A stretch of DNA of 64,000 bases from Clostridia bacterium (GTDB lineage Bacteria > Bacillota > Clostridia > Oscillospirales > CAG-272), in NCBI GenBank assembly GCA_017462605.1, contig JAFTQV010000061.1, positions 24,262-88,261 on the forward strand, written 5' to 3'. Of the stretch, positions 35,801-44,100 are shown in pieces (the first letter of the stretch is position 1; the number at the start of each line of letters is the position of its first letter). The notes under the pieces were generated by a model. It made no database searches and was not told the DNA's origin. It saw only the letters and a program-made list of their open reading frames with translations. Made by a program: the position numbers and the translations under genes.

Positions 35801-36048
35801 CCTGTAGCCGTCGGACTGAAGACCGCGTATCCGCCGCCGTCCGCTCCAACCGCAAGCTCAAGCTTTGACTGCGCCGCGCCGCCGTGGCTCATATTATTCT
35901 GCCCCGAGGTGTTGCCCTTGCCGGACGTGAAATCGTCACTCACCTTGACCGCAACTCCCGAAGCGCCGCTTACCGTCATAGCGAAAACCGCGCACAGAAG
36001 AATAGCTACGGCAAGCAGTATCGGCAAAACGATCCTTGCTTTTCTCAT
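32896..36048 (-). CDS. Large secreted protein of unknown function (LamG-like N-terminus, beta-helix-like middle)
   Basis: Signal peptide MRKARIVLPILLAVAILLCAVFA and an uninterrupted 1050-aa ORF. I recognise no catalytic motifs. Confidence 0.6.
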   Translation of the reverse strand: MRKARIVLPILLAVAILLCAVFAMTVSGASGVAVKVSDDFTSGKGNTSGQNNMSHGGAAQSKLELAVGADGGGYAVFSPTATGTNPGHAFVQNSFGSGGVVLSSAGGNKYMVYDIDFTTETQYFESLVFEMIGKDSADKTVNTHAEGKVYVASDGAGGWNITANSKTLPMESERGRWQHLTIVIEAARDSSGATTADSKSYVYYNGRFLSSGKAQAKAFSYMHSMRISMNSGASVSIDDTLCIDNVTVTAVADSYSGNLAAVLADSSKSLTEWTDAVYKSGYTFPKTRAIAEVGGKKLSTASEIEAAITEGALVNLLSDVLDTVDIPNECSIYNDGGYTFNYNKGSFGEYKSAKTTAFLNAFASPVTVTWHIGDETVTETYDAPAVLTPPEFEETVEIGGVLHKALGYSRSEGGEMITDPGIASPYNNEFYVVFERSVAYALHSDGTKSYAYSEEELDALMLATVSGDTVYLLSDLKAGVTGNAACYTFTGKSVTLDLSGYTLTMAGVSNNHLFTVGKNGSLTVKNGVIDALDNGRIPEGGTAIVRRNVFKIPNDASGAYLLAEDLTVKASKMMTVVGNGEAVLRRCKIDFTNDYENMIDFYSNGSETSPTTLRLEECDIRAYKTVVNSYKPSDVTGNYSELYARNCNINTNERIFTVNAISKAEINGGTYTGTNLFANENANKSAKVYIYRNTYFSLEDLDQKNKLLIITDGKLVRSGREDCPYAVTDKYAKIKWDILGEEVSELWAMGAIPECPIKIPHNTSALRYDMEKPIPVSGYKLYNLEAKLNFTPKISATLDYDFGLNLYVPDADYKSVALGDMTFEKSEGKSVLISGEPYLKFSLNSIAASAADEKIPLSFSFDTEAGELSLMGETSVISYLESVIEGGSSFDEYNLALSALNYINASQGDVASAELTEMLAKYDTSTVVYAMAKTDASMAALGGVISESKIENGKYIFTYDTNFTGNISFKYNISGDTVTEFFEISEGKDQAGGSYATLKAPALAYVTGVEVTAGSASGSFDLSAYAENVGMLDIYSAMYSYAKCIEAYIN

Positions 36049-36167
36049 ATTAATACCGCCCTTTCATATCAATAGTTTTTAATACATAATTATTATATCA
36101 TTCTGCGCGCGTGCGTGTCAATCGTTATTCTCAACAAGAATACAGGCTCTCTATTGAGCAAAATCAC

Positions 36168-36196
36168 TTGACAGAAGCGAGACTTCAGTCTATAAT
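36168..36196 (+). promoter_or_regulatory. Consensus sigma-A promoter
   Basis: TTGACA (36168-36173), a 17-nt spacer, then TATAAT (36191-36196), 28 nt before the ATG of 36225. Confidence 0.65.
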
Positions 36197-36224
36197 AAGG
36201 TAAAAAACACCGCAAAGGAGATCA

Positions 36225-36971
36225 ATGATGAGTAGTATATCAGGTCTTGTTTCAATATCCTTCAGAAAGCACTCTCCCGAAGAGATAATATCCCGAGTAA
36301 AGGCGGCAGGCCTTGAGGCGATAGAATGGGGCGGAGACGTCCACTCACCTCACGGCGATCTTGAGACCGCAAAAAGCATCCGCAGCATGACCGAAAAGGC
36401 AGGGCTTCTTATGCCCGAATACGGCTCGTATTATATCATCGGCAAGAGCGAGCCCGAGCTTTTCTCTGCCGTTCTTGATTCCGCAAACGCTCTCGGCACA
36501 AAAATTATCAGGGTATGGCCGGGAATGGGCATGCCGAGCGACACTATAAGCAATGAGCAATACGAGGCAATGGTAGCCGATGCAAAAAGAATATGCCTTC
36601 TCGCAAAGGACTTTACCGTGGCGCTTGAATGCCACCCTGCCTCTCTTACAGACGAATACCACAATGCCTTGGCATTCATTCGTGACGTTGGAATGGATAA
36701 CCTTAAAATGATGTGGCAGCCTAACCAGTACCGCCCTCTTGAATATAATCTTGACTCGATCAAAGCGCTCCTTCCTTACGTCGTTTCGGTTCACGTTTTC
36801 CACTGGTCAAGAAAGACCCGTCTTCCCCTCTCCGAAGGCAGAGCAGAATGGGAAAAATACATCTCTCTTCTCTCGGCAAAGGACTTGAATTATATGCTTG
36901 AATTCATGCCCGACGACAATATAGATACCCTCGCCCGCGAAGCAGAGACTCTAAAGAGTTTTTTAGTTTAA
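36225..36971 (+). CDS. Xylose-isomerase-like TIM-barrel protein (sugar phosphate isomerase/epimerase family)
   Basis: RBS AAAGGAG. The size (248 aa) and blocks EAIEWGGD, IIRVWPG, ALECHP and LEFMPDD fit the AP-endonuclease-2/TIM family. Confidence 0.6.
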   Translation: MMSSISGLVSISFRKHSPEEIISRVKAAGLEAIEWGGDVHSPHGDLETAKSIRSMTEKAGLLMPEYGSYYIIGKSEPELFSAVLDSANALGTKIIRVWPGMGMPSDTISNEQYEAMVADAKRICLLAKDFTVALECHPASLTDEYHNALAFIRDVGMDNLKMMWQPNQYRPLEYNLDSIKALLPYVVSVHVFHWSRKTRLPLSEGRAEWEKYISLLSAKDLNYMLEFMPDDNIDTLAREAETLKSFLV

Positions 36972-36983
36972 TTTCAAAAAGCA

Positions 36984-37012
36984 TTTACTTTTTTCTTAAA
37001 ACGTGCTATACT
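36984..37012 (+). promoter_or_regulatory. Putative promoter of the leader RNA / TIR gene
   Basis: TTTACT (36984-36989), a 17-nt spacer, then TATACT (37007-37012). The predicted start at about 37019 coincides with the first base of the long hairpin. Confidence 0.4.
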
Positions 37013-37018
37013 TATGTT

Positions 37019-37178
37019 GCGACGTAATTTAATAATCTTGAACCAAGGGTGTACTATGCCATTTAGTACTCCCAACTTTTCATATACTTGGTTCAAGATA
37101 GTTATGAATTGCGTCGCGGCGAAGTTGGAGTGCATAATGGGGTGCGTTCGCTTTGCGGACGCATCTTTTTTTATTTTT
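37019..37178 (+). ncRNA. Structured ~160-nt leader or small RNA ending in an intrinsic terminator, directly upstream of the TIR-LRR gene
   Basis: A 99-nt hairpin has a 13-bp lower stem (37019-31 with 37105-17) containing two U-G pairs that are valid only on the plus strand. It has a 3x5 internal loop, a perfect 13-bp upper stem (37035-47 with 37087-99) and a nested GUACUA/UAGUAC stem (37051-69). A terminator follows: GCGUUCGC-UUU-GCGGACGC (37144-62) plus U7 (37166-72). Confidence 0.55.
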
Positions 37179-37192
37179 GAAAGGACAAAGCT

Positions 37193-39316
37193 ATGACTCT
37201 TGAAACATCCAATTTAATCTGCAGAACCTGCGGTGGACAAGTAGAATTAGACGAAAGCCGAAAGCAAGGTAAATGTAGATTCTGTAAAAACGTTTATCAC
37301 TTTAAGAACGAGAAAAGCGAAGCGCTGATTCTTGCGCTAAACAGAGCAAATCTACATAGACAAAAATGCGATTTTCGCGAAGCTATCAAAGAATACCAAC
37401 TTATTATTGATAAAATGCCCAACGACTCCGAAGCGCACTTTGGTATGCTGCTTTCAGTGTTTGGAATTGAGTACGTTCGTGACCCTCGACTTGGCATATA
37501 TATGCCCACCTGCCACCGTTACGTCGAGGCAGACATTTTGAAGCATCCGTCCTATCTGGCCGCATTATCAAACTCCGCCACCGAACAACGTGAAAACTAT
37601 AAAGAGCAAGCAGAAGCTATTGCAATACTTTTGAAAAGAATAAAGCATCAGTTAGAAAAAGAAGAAGATTTCGACGTTTTCATATCCTTTAAATCAACCG
37701 ACGAGGACGGCAATCCCACAAAGGACAGATTAGTTGCAAGAAAAGTATACGACGAGCTTACCTCTCGAGGAATTAAAGTATTCTTCTCCGAGGTAACTTT
37801 AAAAAATCGGCTCGGCGATGAATACGAGCCGATAATATTCAAGGCTCTTATGAGCTGTAAAGCTTTCATATTAGTAGCCACTTCCGAAGAGAACATCAAT
37901 TCCGTTTGGGTAAAAAACGAATGGTCGCGATTTGAAGACAGAATACGCGACGAGCATTTAAACGGAACGTGGTTATCGGTATTCAACCCAAGCTGTCGCG
38001 ACTCACTTCCTTCATTTTTACATACTCAAGGAATTGATCTGTCAAAATACCCGGCAGGCGGTTATGAAATTGAGTTAGCCGATAACATTGAGCTTAAGCT
38101 CGGAAGAAAGAATCAAACTAATTACGTTACGGCAGATTTTGAAAAAGAATATAAAAAATGGCAAAAGGAAAAGAAAGATAAAAGAAAAGAAAAATGCAAG
38201 TTTTTCTTTAAAAAAACGTTTCCTTACATATCAGCTATATTGGCAATCTCTGCTATTGTATTCATTTCATTGCTCGTAAGAAGCTCTATTATCGATAACG
38301 AGCAAGCCACGGCTAAAATCGGAGTAGAATTGGCGCGGGAAGCGGCTGATAAAGGAGATTATTATACCGCTTATAATTACTATTCATCTCATAAAATACA
38401 AAAACTAAATGATTCAGCAATTGATCGCGAATTTAAATCATATGAGTACGCGGCTAATGGAGATTATTCAAACGCAACAAAGAACGGATTATCAAAAATT
38501 ATAATACACGATGGTGTCACCAGCATAAGCGTAGGAGCTTTCAGTGGATGCTCCGAACTCGAAAGTATAGTGATTCCCGACAGTGTCACTAGCATAGGCG
38601 TAGGAGCTTTCAGCGGATGCTCGTCGCTTCAAAGCATAACCCTTCCTTTTGTTGGACGATCCATATCAGATACTTATCAATACCCCTTTGGATATCTATT
38701 CGGTACTTCAACCTATGACAATGCTGTAAAAACCGAACAACACTATAAAAACGAATCCGGCGAAAAGGAATCTTATACCACCTTTTACATTCCCAAAACG
38801 CTTAAAACTGTTACAATAACCGGCGGATACATTCCGTATGGAGCATTCTCAAATTGCGAGGATATAGAAAGCATTATTATACATAACGGTTACGGTGTGA
38901 TTGGTGAAAAAGCATTTTCTCATTGTTCCTCATTAAAGGAGGTAAGATTTGATGATAACTGCAGCATAAACGAGATAGGATCCCAAGCATTTAGTAACTG
39001 TTCAAATTTGACTACATTTAAAATTCCAAGCGACGTGGATATTATACATGAGTTAGCGTTCTATCAATGTAGTAGTTTAAAAAGCATTATAGTTCCTAAG
39101 CAAGTATCAACTATACATAATGATGCGTTTTTGAACTGCAAAAGCCTCGGCGATTTGTATTTCGAAGGGACCTTACAGGATTGGTCAATAACCGTTGGAT
39201 CTTTTAACACATCTTTTGAAAATGCAGCCAAATATTATTACAGTGCAAATAATCCCCTTGATAAAGGCTTGTATTGGAAATACGATGAAAACGGAAAGGT
39301 CTATATTTGGAATTAA
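37193..39316 (+). CDS. Zinc-ribbon / TIR / single-TM / BspA-type LRR protein (TLR-like topology)
   Basis: RBS AAGGA. Ribbon CRTCGG...CRFCKN. TIR-like block DFDVFISFKSTDEDG...KVFFSE...AFILVATSEENINSVWVKNEWSRF. A Lys-rich stretch KKWQKEKKDKRKEKCKFFFKK precedes the TM helix FPYISAILAISAIVFISLLV (38219-38278). LRR units follow, such as IPDSVTSIGVGAFSGCSSLQSITLP. Confidence 0.8.
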   Translation: MTLETSNLICRTCGGQVELDESRKQGKCRFCKNVYHFKNEKSEALILALNRANLHRQKCDFREAIKEYQLIIDKMPNDSEAHFGMLLSVFGIEYVRDPRLGIYMPTCHRYVEADILKHPSYLAALSNSATEQRENYKEQAEAIAILLKRIKHQLEKEEDFDVFISFKSTDEDGNPTKDRLVARKVYDELTSRGIKVFFSEVTLKNRLGDEYEPIIFKALMSCKAFILVATSEENINSVWVKNEWSRFEDRIRDEHLNGTWLSVFNPSCRDSLPSFLHTQGIDLSKYPAGGYEIELADNIELKLGRKNQTNYVTADFEKEYKKWQKEKKDKRKEKCKFFFKKTFPYISAILAISAIVFISLLVRSSIIDNEQATAKIGVELAREAADKGDYYTAYNYYSSHKIQKLNDSAIDREFKSYEYAANGDYSNATKNGLSKIIIHDGVTSISVGAFSGCSELESIVIPDSVTSIGVGAFSGCSSLQSITLPFVGRSISDTYQYPFGYLFGTSTYDNAVKTEQHYKNESGEKESYTTFYIPKTLKTVTITGGYIPYGAFSNCEDIESIIIHNGYGVIGEKAFSHCSSLKEVRFDDNCSINEIGSQAFSNCSNLTTFKIPSDVDIIHELAFYQCSSLKSIIVPKQVSTIHNDAFLNCKSLGDLYFEGTLQDWSITVGSFNTSFENAAKYYYSANNPLDKGLYWKYDENGKVYIWN
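37667..38047 (+). other. TIR-like domain of the 707-aa protein
   Basis: Comprises aa ~159-285. The beta-A strand is VFISFKS, and the conserved Glu in WVKNEW is encoded at 37919-37921. Confidence 0.65.
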
Positions 39317-39342
39317 AGCAAATTATATCCACCTTTTAAACG

Positions 39343-39386
39343 GAGCTGCAACGAATCCATTTTCGAGCAGCTTTGTTTTATTTTTC
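39343..39386 (+). terminator. Terminator after the TIR-LRR gene
   Basis: GAGCTGC (39343-49) pairs with GCAGCTT (39367-73) around a 17-nt loop, followed by TGTTTTATTTTT. Confidence 0.5.
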
Positions 39387-39395
39387 GAGTTCGTA

Positions 39396-39424
39396 TTGAC
39401 AAATTCATCTTTTTGCGTTATAAT
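39396..39424 (+). promoter_or_regulatory. Perfect consensus sigma-A promoter of abiEi-abiEii
   Basis: TTGACA (39396-39401), a 17-nt spacer, then TATAAT (39419-39424). Confidence 0.7.
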
Positions 39425-39443
39425 AATCTCGGTTAGACTTTTT

Positions 39444-39460
39444 TGAACATTATTTGTTCA
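39444..39460. promoter_or_regulatory. Palindromic operator candidate TGAACA-TTATT-TGTTCA
   Basis: Lies between the -10 box and the RBS of abiEi. AbiEi antitoxins are known to autoregulate by binding inverted repeats in their own promoter. Confidence 0.45.
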
Positions 39461-39492
39461 TTCTTGTCAAGCAAATATATAGATAGGAGGGA

Positions 39493-40131
39493 TTGCCTTT
39501 GTTTACTAAAAAGCTAAAAGAAAGCTTCAAACTCAACGAGCCTATTTTCACAAGCGAAATACTTGAATCCTTGCCCGGCCTTTCTCGAGCCCGCATTTAT
39601 CAACTGATTTCAGATGCGGAAAAAAACGGTTATCTCGTTCGTTATGACAACGGCATATATTATATGCCCAAAAAGACGGAATTCGGACTATCAGTTCCAT
39701 CAGTTAACAGTGTTGTCGACAAAAAATATATAAAAGACAAAGGTAAGACCTTCGGTATTTACGGCAGATACGTTATGGAATTGAATTTCTCGGTAAGCAC
39801 TCAGGTTCCAAATGATATCGAAGTAATAACGAACAACGAATCCCGTAGGGTACGCGAAATATCTATAAGAGGCAGACGCGTTATTTTACGGAAGTCGAGA
39901 TTACCGATAACAAATGAAAACGAGGGCGCATATACCCTTATGGAGCTATTCAACAATATAGATATGAGGCAGTACCGAGAGGAACAACAAATACAGGATT
40001 CGGTATACGAATACGTCCGCAACAAAAAGATCACAAGAAAGGACATTCTGAGCTTAGCAGATGCTTTCCCTGCAAAAGCAATGAAAAACATAGCGCTAAG
40101 CGGAATTTTATATGAAGCTACACAACAATAA
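39493..40131 (+). CDS. abiEi: AbiEi-family type IV antitoxin / transcriptional regulator
   Basis: TTG start (39493, or 39499) after AGGAGGG. It has an N-terminal wHTH-like region and overlaps the AbiEii gene by 20 nt. The size and pairing are typical of AbiEi. Confidence 0.65.
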   Translation: MPLFTKKLKESFKLNEPIFTSEILESLPGLSRARIYQLISDAEKNGYLVRYDNGIYYMPKKTEFGLSVPSVNSVVDKKYIKDKGKTFGIYGRYVMELNFSVSTQVPNDIEVITNNESRRVREISIRGRRVILRKSRLPITNENEGAYTLMELFNNIDMRQYREEQQIQDSVYEYVRNKKITRKDILSLADAFPAKAMKNIALSGILYEATQQ

Positions 40132-41020
40132 AGAATCATTCAATGATCTGATTTCATTGGTAAGTGATTACTATAAAATCGATCCGGCTCTTATAGAGAA
40201 GGATTATTTTGTAACGCTTCTTTTAAAGAATCTTGCCTCTAGGGTTCCCGATCTTTTATTCAAGGGTGGTACGTCACTTTCAAAATGTCACAAAATCATT
40301 GATAGGTTTTCCGAAGATATTGATTTAACGTTAAACGATAATCAACAAACGCAAGGTAAGAAAAAGCAAATGAAAACCGCAATTTTAGAAGCCTGCGAGT
40401 CACTTGATCTTCGGTTAATGAACCCTGATGACATAAGAAGCAGGCGTGATTATAATTGTTACAGAATAGAGTACCCTATCCAACGTTACTCTGAAAGCAT
40501 CAAGCCGTTACTCTTAGTAGAAACTACTTATATCACAAGATCATATCCAAGCGAATATAAGCCTGCTACATCAATAATTTACGATTATTTAAAAGAGATC
40601 GGAAACCTTGAAGCGATAGAAAAATATGAGCTTGAACCATTTAGCATTCGCACTCAAACGCCGGAAAGAACATTGATCGATAAGGTTTTCGCAATATGTG
40701 ATTACGCGATAGGCCAGCGTATCGAAAGGAATTCAAGACATATTTACGACCTATCTAAGCTACTGAAAATAGTCGATCTCAACGAATCTTTAAAGAAGCT
40801 GGTAAAAGACATTCGTGCCGACAGAAAGACACATGCTTTGTGCTATTCAGCGCAGGACGGTGCAAATGTACCTCAATTGCTTTACGATATAATTAAATCC
40901 GAAATATATAAAGCAGATTACGAAACCGTTACTAAGGCTATGATGTTCAAATATTTACCTTATAGCGAAGCAATTAAGGCATTGGATAAAATCATATCAA
41001 GCGGTGCTTTTGAAAATTAA
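40112..41020 (+). CDS. abiEii: AbiEii/AbiGii-family nucleotidyltransferase toxin (DUF1814)
   Basis: Signature blocks LLFKGGTSLSKCHKIIDRFSEDIDLT and RTLIDKVFAICD...RHIYDL. Confidence 0.8.
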   Translation: MKLHNNKESFNDLISLVSDYYKIDPALIEKDYFVTLLLKNLASRVPDLLFKGGTSLSKCHKIIDRFSEDIDLTLNDNQQTQGKKKQMKTAILEACESLDLRLMNPDDIRSRRDYNCYRIEYPIQRYSESIKPLLLVETTYITRSYPSEYKPATSIIYDYLKEIGNLEAIEKYELEPFSIRTQTPERTLIDKVFAICDYAIGQRIERNSRHIYDLSKLLKIVDLNESLKKLVKDIRADRKTHALCYSAQDGANVPQLLYDIIKSEIYKADYETVTKAMMFKYLPYSEAIKALDKIISSGAFEN

Positions 41021-41030
41021 ATAAAGAACT

Positions 41031-41080
41031 GGCTCGAATGCAAAATAAATTCTGCGTTCGAGCCAACTTTTGTTATATTT
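41031..41080. terminator. Bidirectional terminator between abiEii and the convergent giant TIR gene
   Basis: GGCTCGAA-T-GCA...TGC-G-TTCGAGCC hairpin (41031-41064) followed by AACTTTTGTTATATTT. Confidence 0.6.
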
Positions 41081-41117
41081 GCTAACTATTAATTACAAAG
41101 ATTGGATTTTATTGAGT

Positions 41118-44100
41118 TCAGATATCCAACCACTTATACTTTTTTATATAGATTTCCGCATCGGCAAGCGAAGCAAAAAATCCGCTGACCCACTCGCTCT
41201 TAAAAGAGAATACAAGTCTCTCTCCCTCAGCAAGTGTGATAACGTATTGGCTTGGGTCGGCGCCCGCCGAGCGCTCGGCAGATTCGGTGTGTATCACCTC
41301 ACCGTTATCACCGTAAACGGTTAAAGTCATATTTATGACGGTCAACGCATCGTTAGAGGCAGCGGGAAGATAGTATATAGTATAATCTCCCGCCTCTTCG
41401 CAAAAGAACTCAAAATATGCAGTGGCTTCCGATCCCAGAGTGCAAGTGACCTTATAAGGCTCGTCAAGAGGGATCTCCTTAGGCACAGAAAGGCTCGTGC
41501 CCCGCGCATCACTCTCCCATCTTGCGTAGAGAGTGGTAGCCGTCTTGCTGTAATAATGCTCCGCATCGACCGCTCTTCCCGCAAATTCCGCATTATCGTA
41601 CCAGCCGATAAAATAGGACTTAGTCGGGTGACTTGGGGGTGCGGGAAGCTTGATTGCTCTTTGGTCGATTATGTCCGCGACAGCGCCGCCCTCGGTGACG
41701 AAGCGGTACGTGATGTAAGAGCCGTCGTAGCCGAAGATAACGGTAGGCTTATCACCTATCCAGCCCTCGTCCCAGCCCTCGGGTTTTTCCTCTGCCGCGC
41801 AGTAGATCACAACGTCAGCGGCATTCTCGATGATACTCGAGCTGACGGTAGTTACCGAAGCCGGAATATCGAGGGATTTAATGCCTATGCACGCCGCAAA
41901 TGCGCCTGCTCCGATGCTCTCAAGCATGGAATCGCGGGGGATGATAAACTTATTTATCGCGGTGCAGCTCGCGAATGCGTGCAGGCCTATGCTCTTCACG
42001 CTCTTCGGAAGCATAAATTCAACGAATGCCTTGCAGTATGCGAAAGCCTCTTGACCGATACTTGTCACTCCGTCCGGCAAGGTAGCCATGGAAAGCGACG
42101 TGCAGTTCGAGAAGGCAAGCTCGCCGATCTCGGTAAGATTATCGGGAAGATCCACGCTTTCAAGACTCGAGAAGCCATAGAATGCCTTGTCTGAGATCAC
42201 CTTCTCACCCGTGACGGTAACAGACTTAAGCGCGCCCGGAATGTAGTAGGTTGCATCAGAGCTCTCAATGACGTAAACGTTGCCGCCCGCAGATGACTGC
42301 CCGAAGAAATATCCAAGGACCTCTTCCTTAGCGTAATCGGTCGTCTCGGATGCGGTGCATCCAACGAAGGGGATAGTAAGCGATGAAAGCGAGAAGCAGC
42401 CCCCGAGGAAGCCGCGGGAAAGTGTCTTTGCGCCTCTTACGTCAAGGCTCTCGAGAGACGAGCAGCCAAGGAACGCTTCTTCTCCGATAAATTCAAGAGA
42501 GGTGGGAAGGATATTGGGATTTATCTCTTCGTCTCCCTGATAGATGTTTTTAAGAGCCGAGCAGCCGCTGAATGCACGGCCGCCTATTGAAGCAAGATCG
42601 GTAGGAACGTATATCGAGGTAAGACCCGAGCAGCCGCTGAATGCGTGCTCGGAGATCGCCTTAACGCCGTTGCCTAAAAGCACGTCCGTCAGATCGATCA
42701 TATTCTCAAAGGCGTAGGATACCACGTATCCGCCGTTATCTATCGCGATCACCTTAAGGTTTTTCGGAAGCTGATAGGTCCTCTCGCTCCAGCTATTGCC
42801 CTTTTCGTAATAATGCTGAGTGACGCCTACACTCGCAAGCACGGTATCGTTACCGTAATAGGTGGTATCAACTACCGAATATCTCTCCTCGCCGAAGAAA
42901 TAGCCTATCGGGTAAGCGTAAAGCACGTCAAGCTCCGCATCACCCGACTCGGGCGCTTCATCCGAAAGTCCCATAACGCCTGCCGAGGGGAACTTGACAG
43001 TCTCAAGGGAAACGCAGCCCGAAAGCATTCCGGGATAAAGCTCCTTTACCGAGCCGGGAATAGAGAGAGTCTTAATAAGATATCTGTTTTTGAAAATATC
43101 GGGAACTATTTCGTTAACCACAGCTCCCTTTATCGTCTTGGGGATGAAAAGCTCGTAGGTATTATTGGCAATGCTTGCGCTATCCTTCGGCTCATCGTCG
43201 GGCTTGCCCTTAAGTCCGATGAGAACGACGGTGCCGTCTGCCTTCTTGATCCACTCAAGTCCCGACGGAGTAATTCCATATTCAGAAGTAACGCCGTAAA
43301 ATACGGGTCTTTGTGCAGCATTCCAATCCGCGTCGAAATCAGCGGGTGCCTCGGCGCTTTCCATATAGACCTTGACATTTGGACTGCCTCTGAAAAGATC
43401 CTTGCTTACCTTGGTCAGGCTCGCGGGAATGAATACCGACTCAAGCGATGAGCAATTTGCAAAAGCTCCCTCTCCAACCTCGCTGACGGCGGCGGAAAGA
43501 GTGATCTTTTCTATGATCTCGTTGCCCGAGACGGCGCCATTATATAATTTATAGGTAGAGTTTTCGCCAAAGGACGAGGGAAGAGTCAGCTCCTTTGCAT
43601 ATCCAACGTAAGCAAAGAGTCCTTCCTCGGTATTATTCTCATCCGAGTAGCTTACGAAAACGAGTCCGTTATCGATAGTTACAACGCCCTTGGCATCGAT
43701 AGACTCAAGCTTATTAAGTATCTTATTGACCGCGCCGTCAAAAGCATTGCTCTCGGAATAAACGTCAAAAAGAGTGTGGCCCGAGTTAAATGCATTAGAG
43801 GAGACCGAAACTTCCTTCGCGCGGCAGATGACCGATATAAGCTTATCGCATCCGAGGAATGCGCCCGAATTAATGAGAGTAAGAGTCTCGGGAAGAGTGA
43901 TCCTCACAAGGCGTGACTCACCCGAAAACGCGCCGGAGCCCACGTAAGCCGTCTCGTATCCCGCGATCTTATCGGGAACGGTAAGGTCGTATGCCGAGCC
44001 GAAGTAAGCCTCGATGCTTGCAACGTCCTTTGTCTCAGCGGTCTCGCCCGACTGGATCTGAAGGCTCTTTATAACGTAGCCGAAGCCGTCATCGCTGACG

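Noticed and set aside
37014-37196. 60-aa plus-strand ORF covering the leader region upstream of the TIR-LRR gene
   Set aside because: It has no RBS and runs straight through the long hairpin and the terminator stem. The wobble-pair pattern and the terminator explain the sequence better as RNA structure.
36984-41117. Prophage or integrative mobile element carrying the TIR-LRR and AbiE genes
   Set aside because: I looked for an integrase, recombinase, transposase, tRNA target or flanking direct repeats at both borders and found none. Only the compositional shift supports foreign origin, so it is reported as a finding rather than called a mobile element.
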